Made by a program: the position numbers and the translations under genes. This document shows, one piece after another, positions 1 to 10,371 of a stretch of DNA of 64,000 bases. The notes beneath the pieces were generated by a model that saw only the letters and a program-made list of their open reading frames with translations, was not told the origin of the DNA and made no database searches. Location: NCBI GenBank assembly GCA_963713975.1, contig OY970218.1, positions 3,424,001-3,488,000 on the forward strand, given 5' to 3'. The first letter of the stretch is position 1. Every line of letters begins with the position of its first letter. The stretch is from an uncultured Chloroflexia bacterium. Its GTDB lineage: Bacteria; Chloroflexota; Limnocylindria; Limnocylindrales; CSP1-4.

Positions 1-843
1 GGCGAGACCATGTGGATGAGCGAGCCCACCTGGCCCAACCACCCCCAGCTGTTCCTCGCCGCCGGCTTCAAGATCCGCACCTACCCCTACACGGATGCGA
101 CCGGCAGGCGGATCGACGAGGCAGCCATGCTCGGTGCCCTCGACGGGGCCTCGCCGGGCGACGTGGTCCTGCTCCACGGCGCCTGTCACAACCCCACCGG
201 CGTCGACCCCTCCCCCGCCCTGTGGAAGCAGATCGGGGACCTGGTCGAGGAGCGGCGGCTGCTGCCGCTCGTGGATCTCGCGTACCAGGGGTTCGGCAAC
301 GGCCTCGAGGAGGACGCCGCCGGCCTTCGCGAGCTGGTCCGGCCGGGCGCGGAGCTCCTCGTCTCGACGTCCTTCTCCAAGACCTTCTCGCTGTACGCGG
401 AGCGCGTCGGCGCCATGATCCTCATCGCCGGCTCGGCCGCCGCGGCCGCCGCGGCCCAGAGCCACGTCAAGATCGCGATCCGCGTGAACTACTCCAACCC
501 GCCCGCGCACGGCGCCGACATCGTCCGGACCATCCTCGCCGACCCGGACCTCCGCGCCCGCTGGGAGATCGAGCTGGCAGGCATGCGGGACCGCATCAAC
601 GACAACCGCACGGCGCTCGTGGCCGCGCTCGAGGCCCGCAGCATCCCGGGCGACTGGAGCGCCATCGCCACGCAGCGGGGCATGTTCGCGCTCCTGGGTC
701 TCACGCTGGGGCAGGTCGCCCGCCTCAAGGATGAGCACGGCGTCTACGTGGTCGGCAAGGGCAGGATCAACGTTGCGGGCTTCACCGCGGCGAACCTGGA
801 CCCGTTCGCGGACGCGCTGGCCGAGGTCCTCGCAACCTCGTAG
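1..843 (+). CDS. aspC: Aspartate/aromatic amino acid aminotransferase, class I (5'-truncated by window)
   Basis: Motifs PTWPNH, LHGACHNPTG, DLAYQGFG, SFSKTFSLYAERVG (PLP lysine), GRINVAG; frame open from base 1. Confidence 0.9.
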   Translation, partial: GETMWMSEPTWPNHPQLFLAAGFKIRTYPYTDATGRRIDEAAMLGALDGASPGDVVLLHGACHNPTGVDPSPALWKQIGDLVEERRLLPLVDLAYQGFGNGLEEDAAGLRELVRPGAELLVSTSFSKTFSLYAERVGAMILIAGSAAAAAAAQSHVKIAIRVNYSNPPAHGADIVRTILADPDLRARWEIELAGMRDRINDNRTALVAALEARSIPGDWSAIATQRGMFALLGLTLGQVARLKDEHGVYVVGKGRINVAGFTAANLDPFADALAEVLATS

Positions 844-873
844 CCGATCTTGGCCCGGCGGACGGCCCCTTGA

Positions 874-1028
874 GCCGCCCACCGGTTCAACCGTCGGGTG
901 CGGCCCGTGTGCGCCGCTGGGCGGCACGCTCGTCGGCCGAGGAGCCTGTCTCGACCCTGTAGGCCCGACAGATGTGCCGCCAGGCGGCGCGTTTTGCGAT
1001 GCGCCCGACCGTTCAACCGGTGAGCGGC
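874..1028. repeat. Long imperfect palindrome, family R146, copy A (155 bp variant)
   Basis: GCCGCCCACCGGTTCAACCGTCGGGTG...GCCCGACCGTTCAACCGGTGAGCGGC arms and inner GCGGCAC/GTGCCGC stem, shared with six other copies; lies between convergent genes. Confidence 0.85.
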
Positions 1029-1076
1029 GGCTGGGTCACGCGCGGCGCGGCCAACCTGTACCCGGTACGCGGCGGT

Positions 1077-1949
1077 TCACGCGCGGCGGGCCAACCCCTT
1101 GACGCGGGTCCACGCCCTCGATCGCTCGTCCCGTGTTGTCAGCGGGATCACGCCCAGCAGCATCGACAGCGAGCCGTACCAGAGCGCCGGCAGGCAGAGC
1201 ATCGTCCCCACCGGCACGACCCAGCGCTGGTTCCGGACCGCGCCCCAGGCGATCAGCGCGATCCCGATCGGGCCGCGGATCACCAGCGGGATGGGCACCG
1301 CCGCCCACGTGCCACCCTTGCCCGTGTTCCCGGCGAGCAGCGAGATCCAGTCCCGCCATGCCTCCGGGATCAGGACGAACGAGACGGCAATGACGGCGGC
1401 CGTGGCACCCAGGGCGATCGCCAGCGCACGCCATTCGCGACGCAGGGCGAACCACAGGAGCCCGACCCCGGGCGTGATCTTGGTCAACAGGACAAACGCC
1501 CAGGTCCACGGGCGCTTGAACCCCGCGACGATCGCGAGGGTGAGCAGCAGCGAGATGTTGCCGCCGGCGAGCTCCATCGCGCCAACGACCAGGCCCAGCA
1601 GGAACAGGTCGGGGCCCGTGATCAGGTAGGTGGCGCCGATCAGGATGGCGGTCCAGGCGGCCACGAACACGGGCCATGGCAGCAGGTCCAGCGGATAGAC
1701 GAGCTGGGCGAACGCCGGCGAGTACGGGTAGGCGCCGATCGTGTTCCAGTTGGTTCGGCCGGTGTACAGGTCCCCCAGCTCCAGGCCGTAGTAGGACCGG
1801 GCGTCCTGCGCGGTGACGACCTGACCGCTGAGCGGGTCCGTGACGTTCACGGTGGGATCGGAACCCAGGATCACCAGCACCCAGATCGCGATGGCCACCA
1901 CGAGTCCCGCGACGTGGCGCGGGTTGCGGCGGTCGAAGGCGCTGGTCAT
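1077..1949 (-). CDS. Glycosyltransferase family 87 (DUF2029)-like membrane protein
   Basis: Y-x-YSPAFAQL, GNISLLL, LLTKITPGVGLLW motifs; multiple TM segments; start at MTSAFD. Confidence 0.75.
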   Translation of the reverse strand: MTSAFDRRNPRHVAGLVVAIAIWVLVILGSDPTVNVTDPLSGQVVTAQDARSYYGLELGDLYTGRTNWNTIGAYPYSPAFAQLVYPLDLLPWPVFVAAWTAILIGATYLITGPDLFLLGLVVGAMELAGGNISLLLTLAIVAGFKRPWTWAFVLLTKITPGVGLLWFALRREWRALAIALGATAAVIAVSFVLIPEAWRDWISLLAGNTGKGGTWAAVPIPLVIRGPIGIALIAWGAVRNQRWVVPVGTMLCLPALWYGSLSMLLGVIPLTTRDERSRAWTRVKGLARRA

Positions 1950-2088
1950 GTCACCCCGGATGGCGGGCGGTTGGTGTCGCGGGCCATTGTCGCGGATGCA
2001 CGCCCGGCTGGAGGTCGCCGCGGGCACCGCCCGCCCGCCCATTGCCCCGGTCCAGCGCCGAGGCTCCGGATCGGGCATCCTCGGGGGC

Positions 2089-2517
2089 ATGAAGCTCTAC
2101 CTTGCCGGTCCCCTGTTCACCACCCCCGAGCGACTCTGGAACGAGGCCCTCGCAACCCGCCTCGAAGCCGCCGGCCATGAGGTCTACGTGCCACACCTCC
2201 ACCCCTCCGGCGAGCACACGGCGTCGGCCATCTTCCGCAAGGACCTGGAGGGCGTGGATTGGGCGGAGGGCGTCGTCGCGATCATGGACGGCGCGGATCC
2301 CGATTCCGGAACGTGCTGGGAGTGCGGGTACGCGTACGGTCGGGGCAAGCCCGTCATCCTGTTCCGGGGCGATTTCCGGGGCACGGGCGACTCGATCGAC
2401 ATGCCCTACAACGCGATGCTGGTCGGTGCAGCGGACGTCCACATCGAGCTGCCGCTGGCCACCGTGGACGAGGCTGCCGACGCGATCATCGAGGCGTTGG
2501 CGAGCCTGGGCAGGTAG
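2089..2517 (+). CDS. Nucleoside 2-deoxyribosyltransferase family protein
   Basis: KLYLAGPLF, DSGTCWECGYAYGRGKPV, YNAM motifs. Confidence 0.85.
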   Translation: MKLYLAGPLFTTPERLWNEALATRLEAAGHEVYVPHLHPSGEHTASAIFRKDLEGVDWAEGVVAIMDGADPDSGTCWECGYAYGRGKPVILFRGDFRGTGDSIDMPYNAMLVGAADVHIELPLATVDEAADAIIEALASLGR

Positions 2518-2582
2518 CGACGAGCCGACGGTGAACCCGGCCCAAGGCCGGGCCGCTGGCGCCGGGCCGTTACCATCGGCCG

Positions 2583-3494
2583 ATGAAGATCGGAATCGTG
2601 CTCCCGATGAACGAGGCGGATGGGCCGGGTGCGGGAACCTGGCCCGCGATCCGCAGGCTTGCGCTGGTGGCGGAGGCGGGTGGTCTCGACAGCCTGTGGG
2701 TGTACGACCACCTCATCTTCCGGATGGAGGGCGAGAAGGAGGACGGCATCCACGAGGCGTGGACCCTGCTGGCCGCCCTCGCGGCGGTCACCGAGCGCGC
2801 CGAGCTGGGCACGATCGTCCTGGGCACGGGGTTCCGGCCGCCGGCGCTGACGGCGAAGATGGCCGCGACGCTCGACGAGGTGGCGGACGGCCGCCTGATC
2901 CTGGGGCTTGGCACGGGCTGGCACGAGCCGGAGTACCGGGCGTTCGGCTACCCGTTCGACCATCGTGCCGGCCGGTTCGAGGAGGCGCTTGCCATCATCG
3001 CCCCTCTCCTCCGTGGCGAGCGGGTGACCCTGCACGGACGCTGGCACGAGGTGGAGGACGCAGTCCTGATCCCGCCGCCGCCTCGCCCGTCGCGCCTGCC
3101 CGGCCGGATCCCCCTGCTCATCGCGGCCAAGGGCGAGCGAGTGCTGCGGCTGGTCGCCCGACACGCGGACGCGTGGAACATGGCCTGGTTCGGCTTCCCC
3201 GACGAGCGGTCCGCAGGCCGCCTGTCGGACCTCATGGCCGCCTGCGATGCAGTGGGCCGCGACCCGGCCTCGATCGAGATCACGGTGGGCCTGACCGTCG
3301 ACAAGGAAGCCGCGGCCGGTGGCCGGCCGGGTGCACCGGCGGCCCTGCCGTCCGACCCCACCACCATCGCCCGGGCGCTGGATGCCTGGCGCGACCTCGG
3401 CGTCGGCCACGTCCAGGTGGACATGCGACCTGCCAACGGGCGGATGGTCGAGGTCCTGCTCGAGGCCCGGGCGTTGCATCTCGGGGTTGCCTGA
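2583..3494 (+). CDS. LLM-class flavin-dependent oxidoreductase
   Basis: AEAGGLDSLWVYDH, AKMAATLDEVADGRLILGLGTGW; TACCAT -10 box 6 nt upstream (leaderless). Confidence 0.9.
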   Translation: MKIGIVLPMNEADGPGAGTWPAIRRLALVAEAGGLDSLWVYDHLIFRMEGEKEDGIHEAWTLLAALAAVTERAELGTIVLGTGFRPPALTAKMAATLDEVADGRLILGLGTGWHEPEYRAFGYPFDHRAGRFEEALAIIAPLLRGERVTLHGRWHEVEDAVLIPPPPRPSRLPGRIPLLIAAKGERVLRLVARHADAWNMAWFGFPDERSAGRLSDLMAACDAVGRDPASIEITVGLTVDKEAAAGGRPGAPAALPSDPTTIARALDAWRDLGVGHVQVDMRPANGRMVEVLLEARALHLGVA

Positions 3495-3495
3495 T

Positions 3496-4290
3496 ATGGC
3501 GGCGGACGACGCGGACGCCCTGCCGGAGCACGTCGCCCTCAACCGTGCGGCGTGGGACGGCTACGCGCCCGACTACGTGGAGGCGGGCGAGCGGGCCTGG
3601 CGACTCGCCCCCGGGTCGGAGACGTGGGGCATCTTCGGCATCCCGGAGGCGGAGGTCCGGCTCCTGCCCGAGGATCTCGACGGCCTCGACGCCATCGAGC
3701 TCGGCTGCGGCACCGGGTACGTGTCCGCATGGTTGACGCGCCGCGGTGCCCACGTCGTCGGCATCGACAACTCACCGCGGCAGCTGGAGACCGCCGCCCG
3801 CCTCCAGCGCGAGCACAGCCTGGACTTCCCGCTCCTCCTGGGCAACGCGGAACGGGTCCCCTACCCCGACGCCTCGTTCGACTTCGCGATCAGCGAGTAC
3901 GGCGCCGCGCTGTGGGCCGATCCCTATGCGTGGGTCCCGGAGGCGGCGCGCCTGCTGCGGCCCGGCGGCAGGCTCGTGCTCCTCACCAACGGCCTGCTCG
4001 CGTACCTCACCGTGCCCGACATCGAGGCGGATGGGCCCGCCGACGAACGCCTCAAGCGCCCGCTGTTCGGGATGCACCGTACCGTCTGGCCGGACGAGCC
4101 CGGCTCCGTCGAGTTCCACCTCGCCCACGGCGACTGGATCCGGCTGTTCCGGGCCAGCGGGCTCGAGGTCGAAGACCTCGTCGAGCTGCGGGCGCCGGAC
4201 GACGCGACCACCAACTACCCGTGGATGGACGGCGAGTGGGCACGCAAGTGGCCGTGCGAGGAGGCGTGGAAGGTCCGCAGGCGCAGCTGA
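3496..4290 (+). CDS. Class I SAM-dependent methyltransferase
   Basis: IELGCGTG motif I, GIDNS, GNAERVPYPDASFD, LLRPGG. Confidence 0.9.
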   Translation: MAADDADALPEHVALNRAAWDGYAPDYVEAGERAWRLAPGSETWGIFGIPEAEVRLLPEDLDGLDAIELGCGTGYVSAWLTRRGAHVVGIDNSPRQLETAARLQREHSLDFPLLLGNAERVPYPDASFDFAISEYGAALWADPYAWVPEAARLLRPGGRLVLLTNGLLAYLTVPDIEADGPADERLKRPLFGMHRTVWPDEPGSVEFHLAHGDWIRLFRASGLEVEDLVELRAPDDATTNYPWMDGEWARKWPCEEAWKVRRRS

Positions 4291-4398
4291 GTCTGGCCCA
4301 ACCCAGCCCGGCTCGACGGCGGCGGTCCGTTCGGCCTTGCGGATCGCAGGGACAAACGGGCACCATGCCCCGGTAGCGAACCGGATGCTGGAGGTCTC

Positions 4399-5427
4399 AT
4401 GGACAGCGAGCCCGAGGCGGTCCCCGCGCCACCGCATTGGCGCGCAGAAACCCGCGCTGACGACCGCCCGGGAGGGCTTCCGGTGATGCTCGCGGTGAGC
4501 GGCCTGCGCAGGAGCTTTGGCCCCATCGACGCCGTGAAGGGCGTCTCGTTCGAGATCCACGCCGGCGAGACCTACGGCCTGCTGGGACCCAACGGCGCCG
4601 GCAAGACCACCACCATCTCGATGATCTGCGGCCTGCTGACCCGCGATGCGGGCACGGTGACGCTCGGAGGTGAGTCGATCGACGTCGGGGCCGTGGCGGC
4701 CAAGGCCGGCATCGGGTACGTGCCCCAGGAGCTCGCGATCTACCCCGACCTGAGCGCGCGGGAGAACCTCGTGTTCTTCGGCCGGCTGTACGGCCTGGGT
4801 GGCACGGAGCTCAAGAGCCGGGTGGAGGAGGTCCTCGCGCTGATCGGGCTCACGGAACGCGGCAACGACCGCACCGACAAGTACAGCGGCGGCATGCAGC
4901 GCCGGCTCAACATCGGTATCGGGCTGCTCCACCAGCCCAAGCTGCTCCTGCTTGACGAGCCGACCGTGGGCGTGGACCCCCAGAGCCGCAACGCGATCCT
5001 CGAGTCCATCGCCAACCTGGGCAAGCAGGGCATGGCGATCCTGTACACGACCCACTACATGGAGGAGGCCGAGCGGTTGTGCGACCGCATCGCCATCATC
5101 GACGGCGGCGAGATCCGCGCGGAGGGCACCCAGCGGGAGCTCGTGGCCCTGATCGGCCAGCGGGACGAGGTCCGCATGACGCTGACGGGTGACCTCAATG
5201 CCGCGGCCCACGCCGCGGCCTCGGTCCGTGGCGTCGCATCGGCCGCCGTCTCGGCCACCGGCGAGGATGTCACGGTCCTCACGCCTGACGCCGGCCGGGT
5301 GCTGCCGCGGCTGCTGGAGGCGGTGGAGGCTTCCGGCGCGCACGTCCGGGGTGTCGAGATCATCCAGCCCGACCTCGAGGCGGTGTTCCTGCACCTCACC
5401 GGCCGCGCCCTCCGCGACGCCGGCTAG
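4399..5427 (+). CDS. ABC-2 type exporter ATP-binding protein
   Basis: GPNGAGKT, YSGGMQRR, LLLDEPT, YTTHYMEEA. Confidence 0.93.
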   Translation: MDSEPEAVPAPPHWRAETRADDRPGGLPVMLAVSGLRRSFGPIDAVKGVSFEIHAGETYGLLGPNGAGKTTTISMICGLLTRDAGTVTLGGESIDVGAVAAKAGIGYVPQELAIYPDLSARENLVFFGRLYGLGGTELKSRVEEVLALIGLTERGNDRTDKYSGGMQRRLNIGIGLLHQPKLLLLDEPTVGVDPQSRNAILESIANLGKQGMAILYTTHYMEEAERLCDRIAIIDGGEIRAEGTQRELVALIGQRDEVRMTLTGDLNAAAHAAASVRGVASAAVSATGEDVTVLTPDAGRVLPRLLEAVEASGAHVRGVEIIQPDLEAVFLHLTGRALRDAG

Positions 5428-5443
5428 CCGGAGACGGCAGCAG

Positions 5444-6631
5444 ATGCGCGTCGCGCTCCTGATCGCCCTCAAGGACCTGCGCCAGCGGTTCCGGGATCGC
5501 ACGGCGCTCCTCGTGTCCGTCGCGGCGCCGCTGGGCCTCGCGGTGATCTTCAGCCAGCTGCTGGCCGGGACGACGGACTTCCACGCCACGTACGTCGTCT
5601 CGGACATGGACGGCGGCCAGCTGGCCCAGGTCCTTCGCCGGGACGTGATCGGCTCGCTCGAGGACGCCGGGGTCGCCGCCATCACCGACGCGCCGACGGA
5701 GACCGCCGCCCGCGCCGCCGTCGAGGACGGCACTGCCGACGCCGCGTTCCTGGTCCCGGCCGGGTTCACCCAGGCAATCCAGGCCGGGCAGGCCGTCACC
5801 CTCGAGGTGGTCGGCGCCCAGGATGCCGGTCTGGCGACCGAGATCGCGCGAGCTGTCGCCCAGCGCTTCGGGGACGGTGTCGTCACGGTGCAGCTGGCCA
5901 TGGCGACGGCGATCGACCTGCGGGGACCGCTGACGCCGGATCCCGCGTTCCAGGCCCGGATCCTGGCGGCCGCCTCGAGCGCGGCAGCGCCGATCGCCCT
6001 GGTGGACGAGACCGCCGAGCTCCGCCAGCTGACCCTGCCCGCCTACTTCTCGGCCTCGATGGCGATCCTGTTCCTGTTCTTCGCCGCCCAGATCGGGCTC
6101 GTGACCCTGTTCGAGGAGCGGCGCCAGGGCACCCTCGCGAGGATCCTGGCCGGACCCGTGCGCCCGTGGACCGTCCTCGCCGGCAAGACCATCGGCAGCT
6201 TCGTGTTGGGCGTCATCTCCATGGCGGTCCTGGTGATCGCGACCTCACTGCTGATCAACGCGGACTGGGGTCCACCGCTGGGCGTGATCCTGATGCTCGT
6301 GGCCGCGGTCGTTGCCGCGGTCGGGATCTCCACCCTGGTGATCTCGTTCACCCGGACGCCCGAAGCCGCCGGCGCCGCCAGCTCGGCGGTTGCGATCACC
6401 CTCGCCGTCCTGGGAGGCTCGTTCACCCCGACCGCGACGGCGCCCGACCTGATGTCGACGATCGCGCTCGCAACGCCGCATGGCTGGTTCATGCGCGGCC
6501 TGGCTGAGATGGCCGGACCGGCGGGTTCGGCTGCCGCGGCGCTGCCCGCGGTGGGAGTGCTGCTCGCGATGGGCCTGGTCACCGGGGGGATCGGCCTTGC
6601 CCGGGCCCGGCGACTGGTGAGCGTCCGATGA
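5444..6631 (+). CDS. ABC-2 type exporter permease
   Basis: N-terminal TM, extracellular domain, EERRQGTLARI motif, C-terminal TMs. Confidence 0.88.
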   Translation: MRVALLIALKDLRQRFRDRTALLVSVAAPLGLAVIFSQLLAGTTDFHATYVVSDMDGGQLAQVLRRDVIGSLEDAGVAAITDAPTETAARAAVEDGTADAAFLVPAGFTQAIQAGQAVTLEVVGAQDAGLATEIARAVAQRFGDGVVTVQLAMATAIDLRGPLTPDPAFQARILAAASSAAAPIALVDETAELRQLTLPAYFSASMAILFLFFAAQIGLVTLFEERRQGTLARILAGPVRPWTVLAGKTIGSFVLGVISMAVLVIATSLLINADWGPPLGVILMLVAAVVAAVGISTLVISFTRTPEAAGAASSAVAITLAVLGGSFTPTATAPDLMSTIALATPHGWFMRGLAEMAGPAGSAAAALPAVGVLLAMGLVTGGIGLARARRLVSVR

Positions 6632-7803
6632 TCCAGGTGCGAAAGGTCGGGGAGATTGGGAGGATCAACCTCGTCCGCCAGCTGCGGGACCGGGGCGACC
6701 TGTTCTTCGTGCTCGTCCTCCCCGTCATCATCATCATGGCCCTCGGGCTGCAATTCGGCGGCATGACGCGGGCGCGCCTGGGCGTCGTCGCGCCCACGGG
6801 CGACGCTGCCGCGGAGACCCTGGTCACGAGCCTTGCGGACGACACGACCCGGTTCGAGATCCGACGCGTCGAGGACCCCGCGACGCTCAAGGACCAGGTG
6901 GAGCGTGGCCAGGTGGAGGCCGGGCTCGTGATCCCGGACGGGTTCTCCGCGGCGCTCGGCGGGTCCACGCCGGTCGAGATCCGGTACCTGGGAACCAGTG
7001 ACGCCCTGACCGCAGGCCTGCAGGCGCCGGTCGAGGCCGCGATCGCACGCCTGGGCGCGATCACCACCGCCACCCGCGTCGTCGTTGCCGAGGGCCTGGG
7101 CGACTGGGACGCGGCTGCAGCCGCTGCCGAGTCCGGTTACGCGACGGTGCCGGGCGTCGAGGTGTCGGTGACCCTGGCCGGCGAGCCCGGCATCTTCGCC
7201 GGCTTCAGCCAGTTCACCTTCGGAGCGTCCACCCAGCTCGTCCTGTTCATGTTCCTGACGTCGATGACGGCCGCCGGCCGTCTCGTCCAGACCAAGCTCC
7301 TTGGCCTGTCACGACGGATGGTCTCGACGCCCACGTCGCCCTGGACGATCGTGACCGGCGAGGCGCTGGGCCGCTACCTCGTCGCGCTGCTCCAGGCCGC
7401 CGTCATCATCGCGGTCACGTCGGTGGTGTTCGGCGTGTCGTGGGGAGATCCACTGGCGGCGGGGGCACTCATCGCCGTGTTCGGGCTCGTGGCGGCGGGG
7501 GCGGCGATGCTCGTCGGCGCGTGGTCCCGGAACGCCGACCAGGCCTCGTCGCTGGGCGTCTTCGTGGGGCTCGCCCTCGGCGCGCTGGGTGGCTGCATGA
7601 TCCCCATCCAGATCATGCCGGACACCATGCAGGCGTTCGCGAAGCTGATCCCTCACTCGTGGGCGCTGCTCGGCCTGCAGTCCCTCGTGCGCGACGGCGG
7701 GGGGATCGACACCGTGACCACAAACCTTCTGGTGCTCGCCGGGTTCGCCGTGGTGCTCATGGGCCTCGCCGCCTGGCGGTTCCGCCGGACCATCGTCGGA
7801 TAG
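6628..7803 (+). CDS. ABC-2 type exporter permease
   Basis: Same architecture as previous gene; ATGA overlap; ALGGCMIP, PHSWA motifs. Confidence 0.88.
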   Translation: MIQVRKVGEIGRINLVRQLRDRGDLFFVLVLPVIIIMALGLQFGGMTRARLGVVAPTGDAAAETLVTSLADDTTRFEIRRVEDPATLKDQVERGQVEAGLVIPDGFSAALGGSTPVEIRYLGTSDALTAGLQAPVEAAIARLGAITTATRVVVAEGLGDWDAAAAAAESGYATVPGVEVSVTLAGEPGIFAGFSQFTFGASTQLVLFMFLTSMTAAGRLVQTKLLGLSRRMVSTPTSPWTIVTGEALGRYLVALLQAAVIIAVTSVVFGVSWGDPLAAGALIAVFGLVAAGAAMLVGAWSRNADQASSLGVFVGLALGALGGCMIPIQIMPDTMQAFAKLIPHSWALLGLQSLVRDGGGIDTVTTNLLVLAGFAVVLMGLAAWRFRRTIVG

Positions 7804-7865
7804 GTTCGCGCCGGCGGGTTCGCGCCGGGCGCCGGCCCCGCGCCGCCGGTCGCGTCGCCCGGAAT

Positions 7866-8011
7866 GCCGCGCAGCGGTTCAACCGTCGGGTGAACTCCCG
7901 GTTCACCCGCCCAGCGGCACATCTGCCGGCTGTTGGGCTGATTCCGCCCAACGGATGTGCCCTCCAGCGGCGCAAACCGGGTCGCACCCGACCGTTCAGC
8001 CGGCCGGCGGC
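7866..8011 (+). repeat. R146 palindromic repeat copy B (146 bp)
   Basis: GCCGCGCAGCGGTTCAACCGTCGGGTGAACT...CAGCGGCACATCTG...GGATGTGCC...GCGGCGCAAACC...CACCCGACCGTT...GGCGGC. Confidence 0.9.
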
Positions 8012-8102
8012 CGGCGGCGGCCCAGCCGGCCGGCGGCAGGCGGCGGCCCGCCGGCCCGGCGGGCTCCTCACGGGCCCGACCCGGACCCACGGGATCGACC
8101 GC

Positions 8103-8131
8103 TTGCGCCCCGACGTCACACCGAATATGCT
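8103..8131 (+). promoter_or_regulatory. Putative sigma70 promoter of the marR-ABC operon
   Basis: TTGCGC-17 nt-TATGCT upstream of GTG at 8180. Confidence 0.4.
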
Positions 8132-8179
8132 TCGTGCCGCATTGACCATCTATCTGAACCTAAGGGCTGCTCCCCGCCT

Positions 8180-8647
8180 GTGAACCGCCAGACCCTCCTC
8201 GCCGAGCTGCTCGACGAGATCACCGCCCACTCACCCGCGACCGCGATGCACGCGATGCGTCATTGGCCGGCCGGCAGGTTGTCGCTGGTGCATCTCAACA
8301 TCCTGTTCCTGCTCGACGTGGAGGGCCCGATGCCGATGCGCTCCCTCGCCGAGGCCATGGACGTCTCCCAGGCCAGCGCCACCGGCATCGTCGACCGGAT
8401 GGAGCAGCGGGACCTGGTCGAGCGCCAGCGCGACGACGAGGACCGGCGGGTCGTCCGTGTCGCCCTGACGGCCGAGGGCAGCCGCCTCATCGCCGGGATG
8501 GCCGCGGAGCGCCGCGACCACCTCGCAGCATTCCTCGACGAGCTCACGGACGACGAGCTGAGTGGCTTCCTCGTCGGGGTCCGCGCCATGCGCCGCGCCC
8601 GCGAGCGCTGGCACGCCACCCTCGAGCACACCGAGCCGGCCCGATGA
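8180..8647 (+). CDS. MarR family transcriptional regulator
   Basis: LAEAMDVSQASATGIVDRMEQRDLVER..DEDRRVVRVALTAEG winged HTH; GTG start. Confidence 0.9.
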   Translation: MNRQTLLAELLDEITAHSPATAMHAMRHWPAGRLSLVHLNILFLLDVEGPMPMRSLAEAMDVSQASATGIVDRMEQRDLVERQRDDEDRRVVRVALTAEGSRLIAGMAAERRDHLAAFLDELTDDELSGFLVGVRAMRRARERWHATLEHTEPAR

Positions 8648-10371
8648 TCCCCATCCTTCGGACGTACCTGCGGCCGTACAGCACGCCGATCGCGTTCGTG
8701 ATCGTCCTGCTGTTCATCCAGGCGATCGCGAACCTGTACCTGCCCGAGCTCAACGCGGACATCATCAACAACGGTGTCGCAAAGGGGGACACCGACTACA
8801 TCATCCAGACCGGCGGCCTGATGCTGGTCGTGACGTTCGCCCTGATGATCGCCGCGATCGTCGCCGTCTACTGGAGCGCCCGGATCTCGATGAGCTTCGG
8901 CCGTGACCTCCGCTCCGCGATCTTCCGCAAGGTCGAGACCTTCAGCCTCGTCGAGGTCAACCATTTCGGTGCCGCGAGCCTGATCACCCGTAACACCAAC
9001 GACGTCCAGCAGGTCCAGACGGTGGTCCTGATGGCGCTCAACATGATGATCATCGCGCCGATCATGATGGTCGGCGGTGTGATCATGGCCGTGCGCCAGG
9101 ACCCGCCACTGACGGCCATCCTGCTGGTCATCATCCCGATCATGGTCGCCCTCATCGCCGTGGTGATGAGGAAGGCCATCCCGCTGTTCCAGGCGATGCA
9201 GAAGAAGATCGACCGGATCAACCTCGTCATGCGGGAGACCCTCGCCGGCGTGCGCGTGATCCGGGCCTTCGTGCGCACGAAGCACGAGGAGGAGCGCTTC
9301 GACGTCGCCAGCCGCGACCTGATGGACACCGGCCTCCGGGTGAACCGCCTGTTCGCGATCACGATGCCGGCGCTGATGCTGATCATGAACCTGAGCACGG
9401 TGGCGGTCCTGTGGCTGGGCGCCTACCGCGTCGACAGCGGCGAGATGCCGATCGGCAACCTGACCGCGTTCCTCCAGTACATCAGCCTGATCCTGTTCTC
9501 GATGATGACCGCGGTGATCATGTTCGTGATGGTCCCGCGTGCCGCGGTCTCCGGCGGCCGCATCGCCGAGGTGCTCGAGACCGAGCCCTCGATCTGGGAC
9601 CCGGACGTACCCGTGTCACCGGCGCGCGGCGGCCGCGTCGAGTTCCGCGACGTCACCTTCGGCTACCCGGGGGCGGAGGAGCCGGTTCTCCGGAACATCT
9701 CCTTCACGGCGAGCCCGGGAGAGACGGTGGCCATCGTCGGGTCCACCGGCAGCGGCAAGTCCACCCTCATCAACCTGCTCCCGCGCTTCTACGACGCGAC
9801 CGGCGGCACGGTGATGGTCGACGGCGTCGACATCCGGACGATGGACCGCCTGGACCTGTGGAAGCGGATCGGCATGGTCCCGCAACGGGCCTTCCTGTTC
9901 GGCGGAACGATCGCCAGCAACCTGCGCTACGGCCACGAGGACGCCACGGACGACGAGATGTGGCGCTACCTGGACATCGCCCAGGGCCGCGAGTTCGTGG
10001 AGGAGATCCCGGAGGGCCTCGAGGCGCCCATCGCCCAGGGCGGCACCAACGTGTCGGGTGGCCAGCGGCAGCGGCTCGCCATCGCCAGGGCGCTCGCCAA
10101 GCGTCCCGAGATCTTCGTCTTCGACGACAGCTTCTCCGCCCTCGACTTCCGGACGGACGCACGCCTCAGGGCCGCGCTGGCCCGGGAGCTGGCGGACGCG
10201 ACGGTGATCATCGTCGCCCAGCGCGTGGGCACGATCCTCCACGCCGACCGGATCGTCGTCCTCGAGGACGGCGTGGTGGCGGGGATCGGCACCCACGACG
10301 AGCTGATGCAGACCTGCGCGACGTACCGCGAGATCGTCCTGTCCCAGGTGACCGAGGAGGAGGTCGCATGA
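8644..10371 (+). CDS. Heterodimeric multidrug ABC exporter subunit 1 (TMD+NBD)
   Basis: TM domain; GSTGSGKS, VSGGQRQR, degenerate FDDSFSALD and VAQR. Confidence 0.93.
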   Translation: MIPILRTYLRPYSTPIAFVIVLLFIQAIANLYLPELNADIINNGVAKGDTDYIIQTGGLMLVVTFALMIAAIVAVYWSARISMSFGRDLRSAIFRKVETFSLVEVNHFGAASLITRNTNDVQQVQTVVLMALNMMIIAPIMMVGGVIMAVRQDPPLTAILLVIIPIMVALIAVVMRKAIPLFQAMQKKIDRINLVMRETLAGVRVIRAFVRTKHEEERFDVASRDLMDTGLRVNRLFAITMPALMLIMNLSTVAVLWLGAYRVDSGEMPIGNLTAFLQYISLILFSMMTAVIMFVMVPRAAVSGGRIAEVLETEPSIWDPDVPVSPARGGRVEFRDVTFGYPGAEEPVLRNISFTASPGETVAIVGSTGSGKSTLINLLPRFYDATGGTVMVDGVDIRTMDRLDLWKRIGMVPQRAFLFGGTIASNLRYGHEDATDDEMWRYLDIAQGREFVEEIPEGLEAPIAQGGTNVSGGQRQRLAIARALAKRPEIFVFDDSFSALDFRTDARLRAALARELADATVIIVAQRVGTILHADRIVVLEDGVVAGIGTHDELMQTCATYREIVLSQVTEEEVA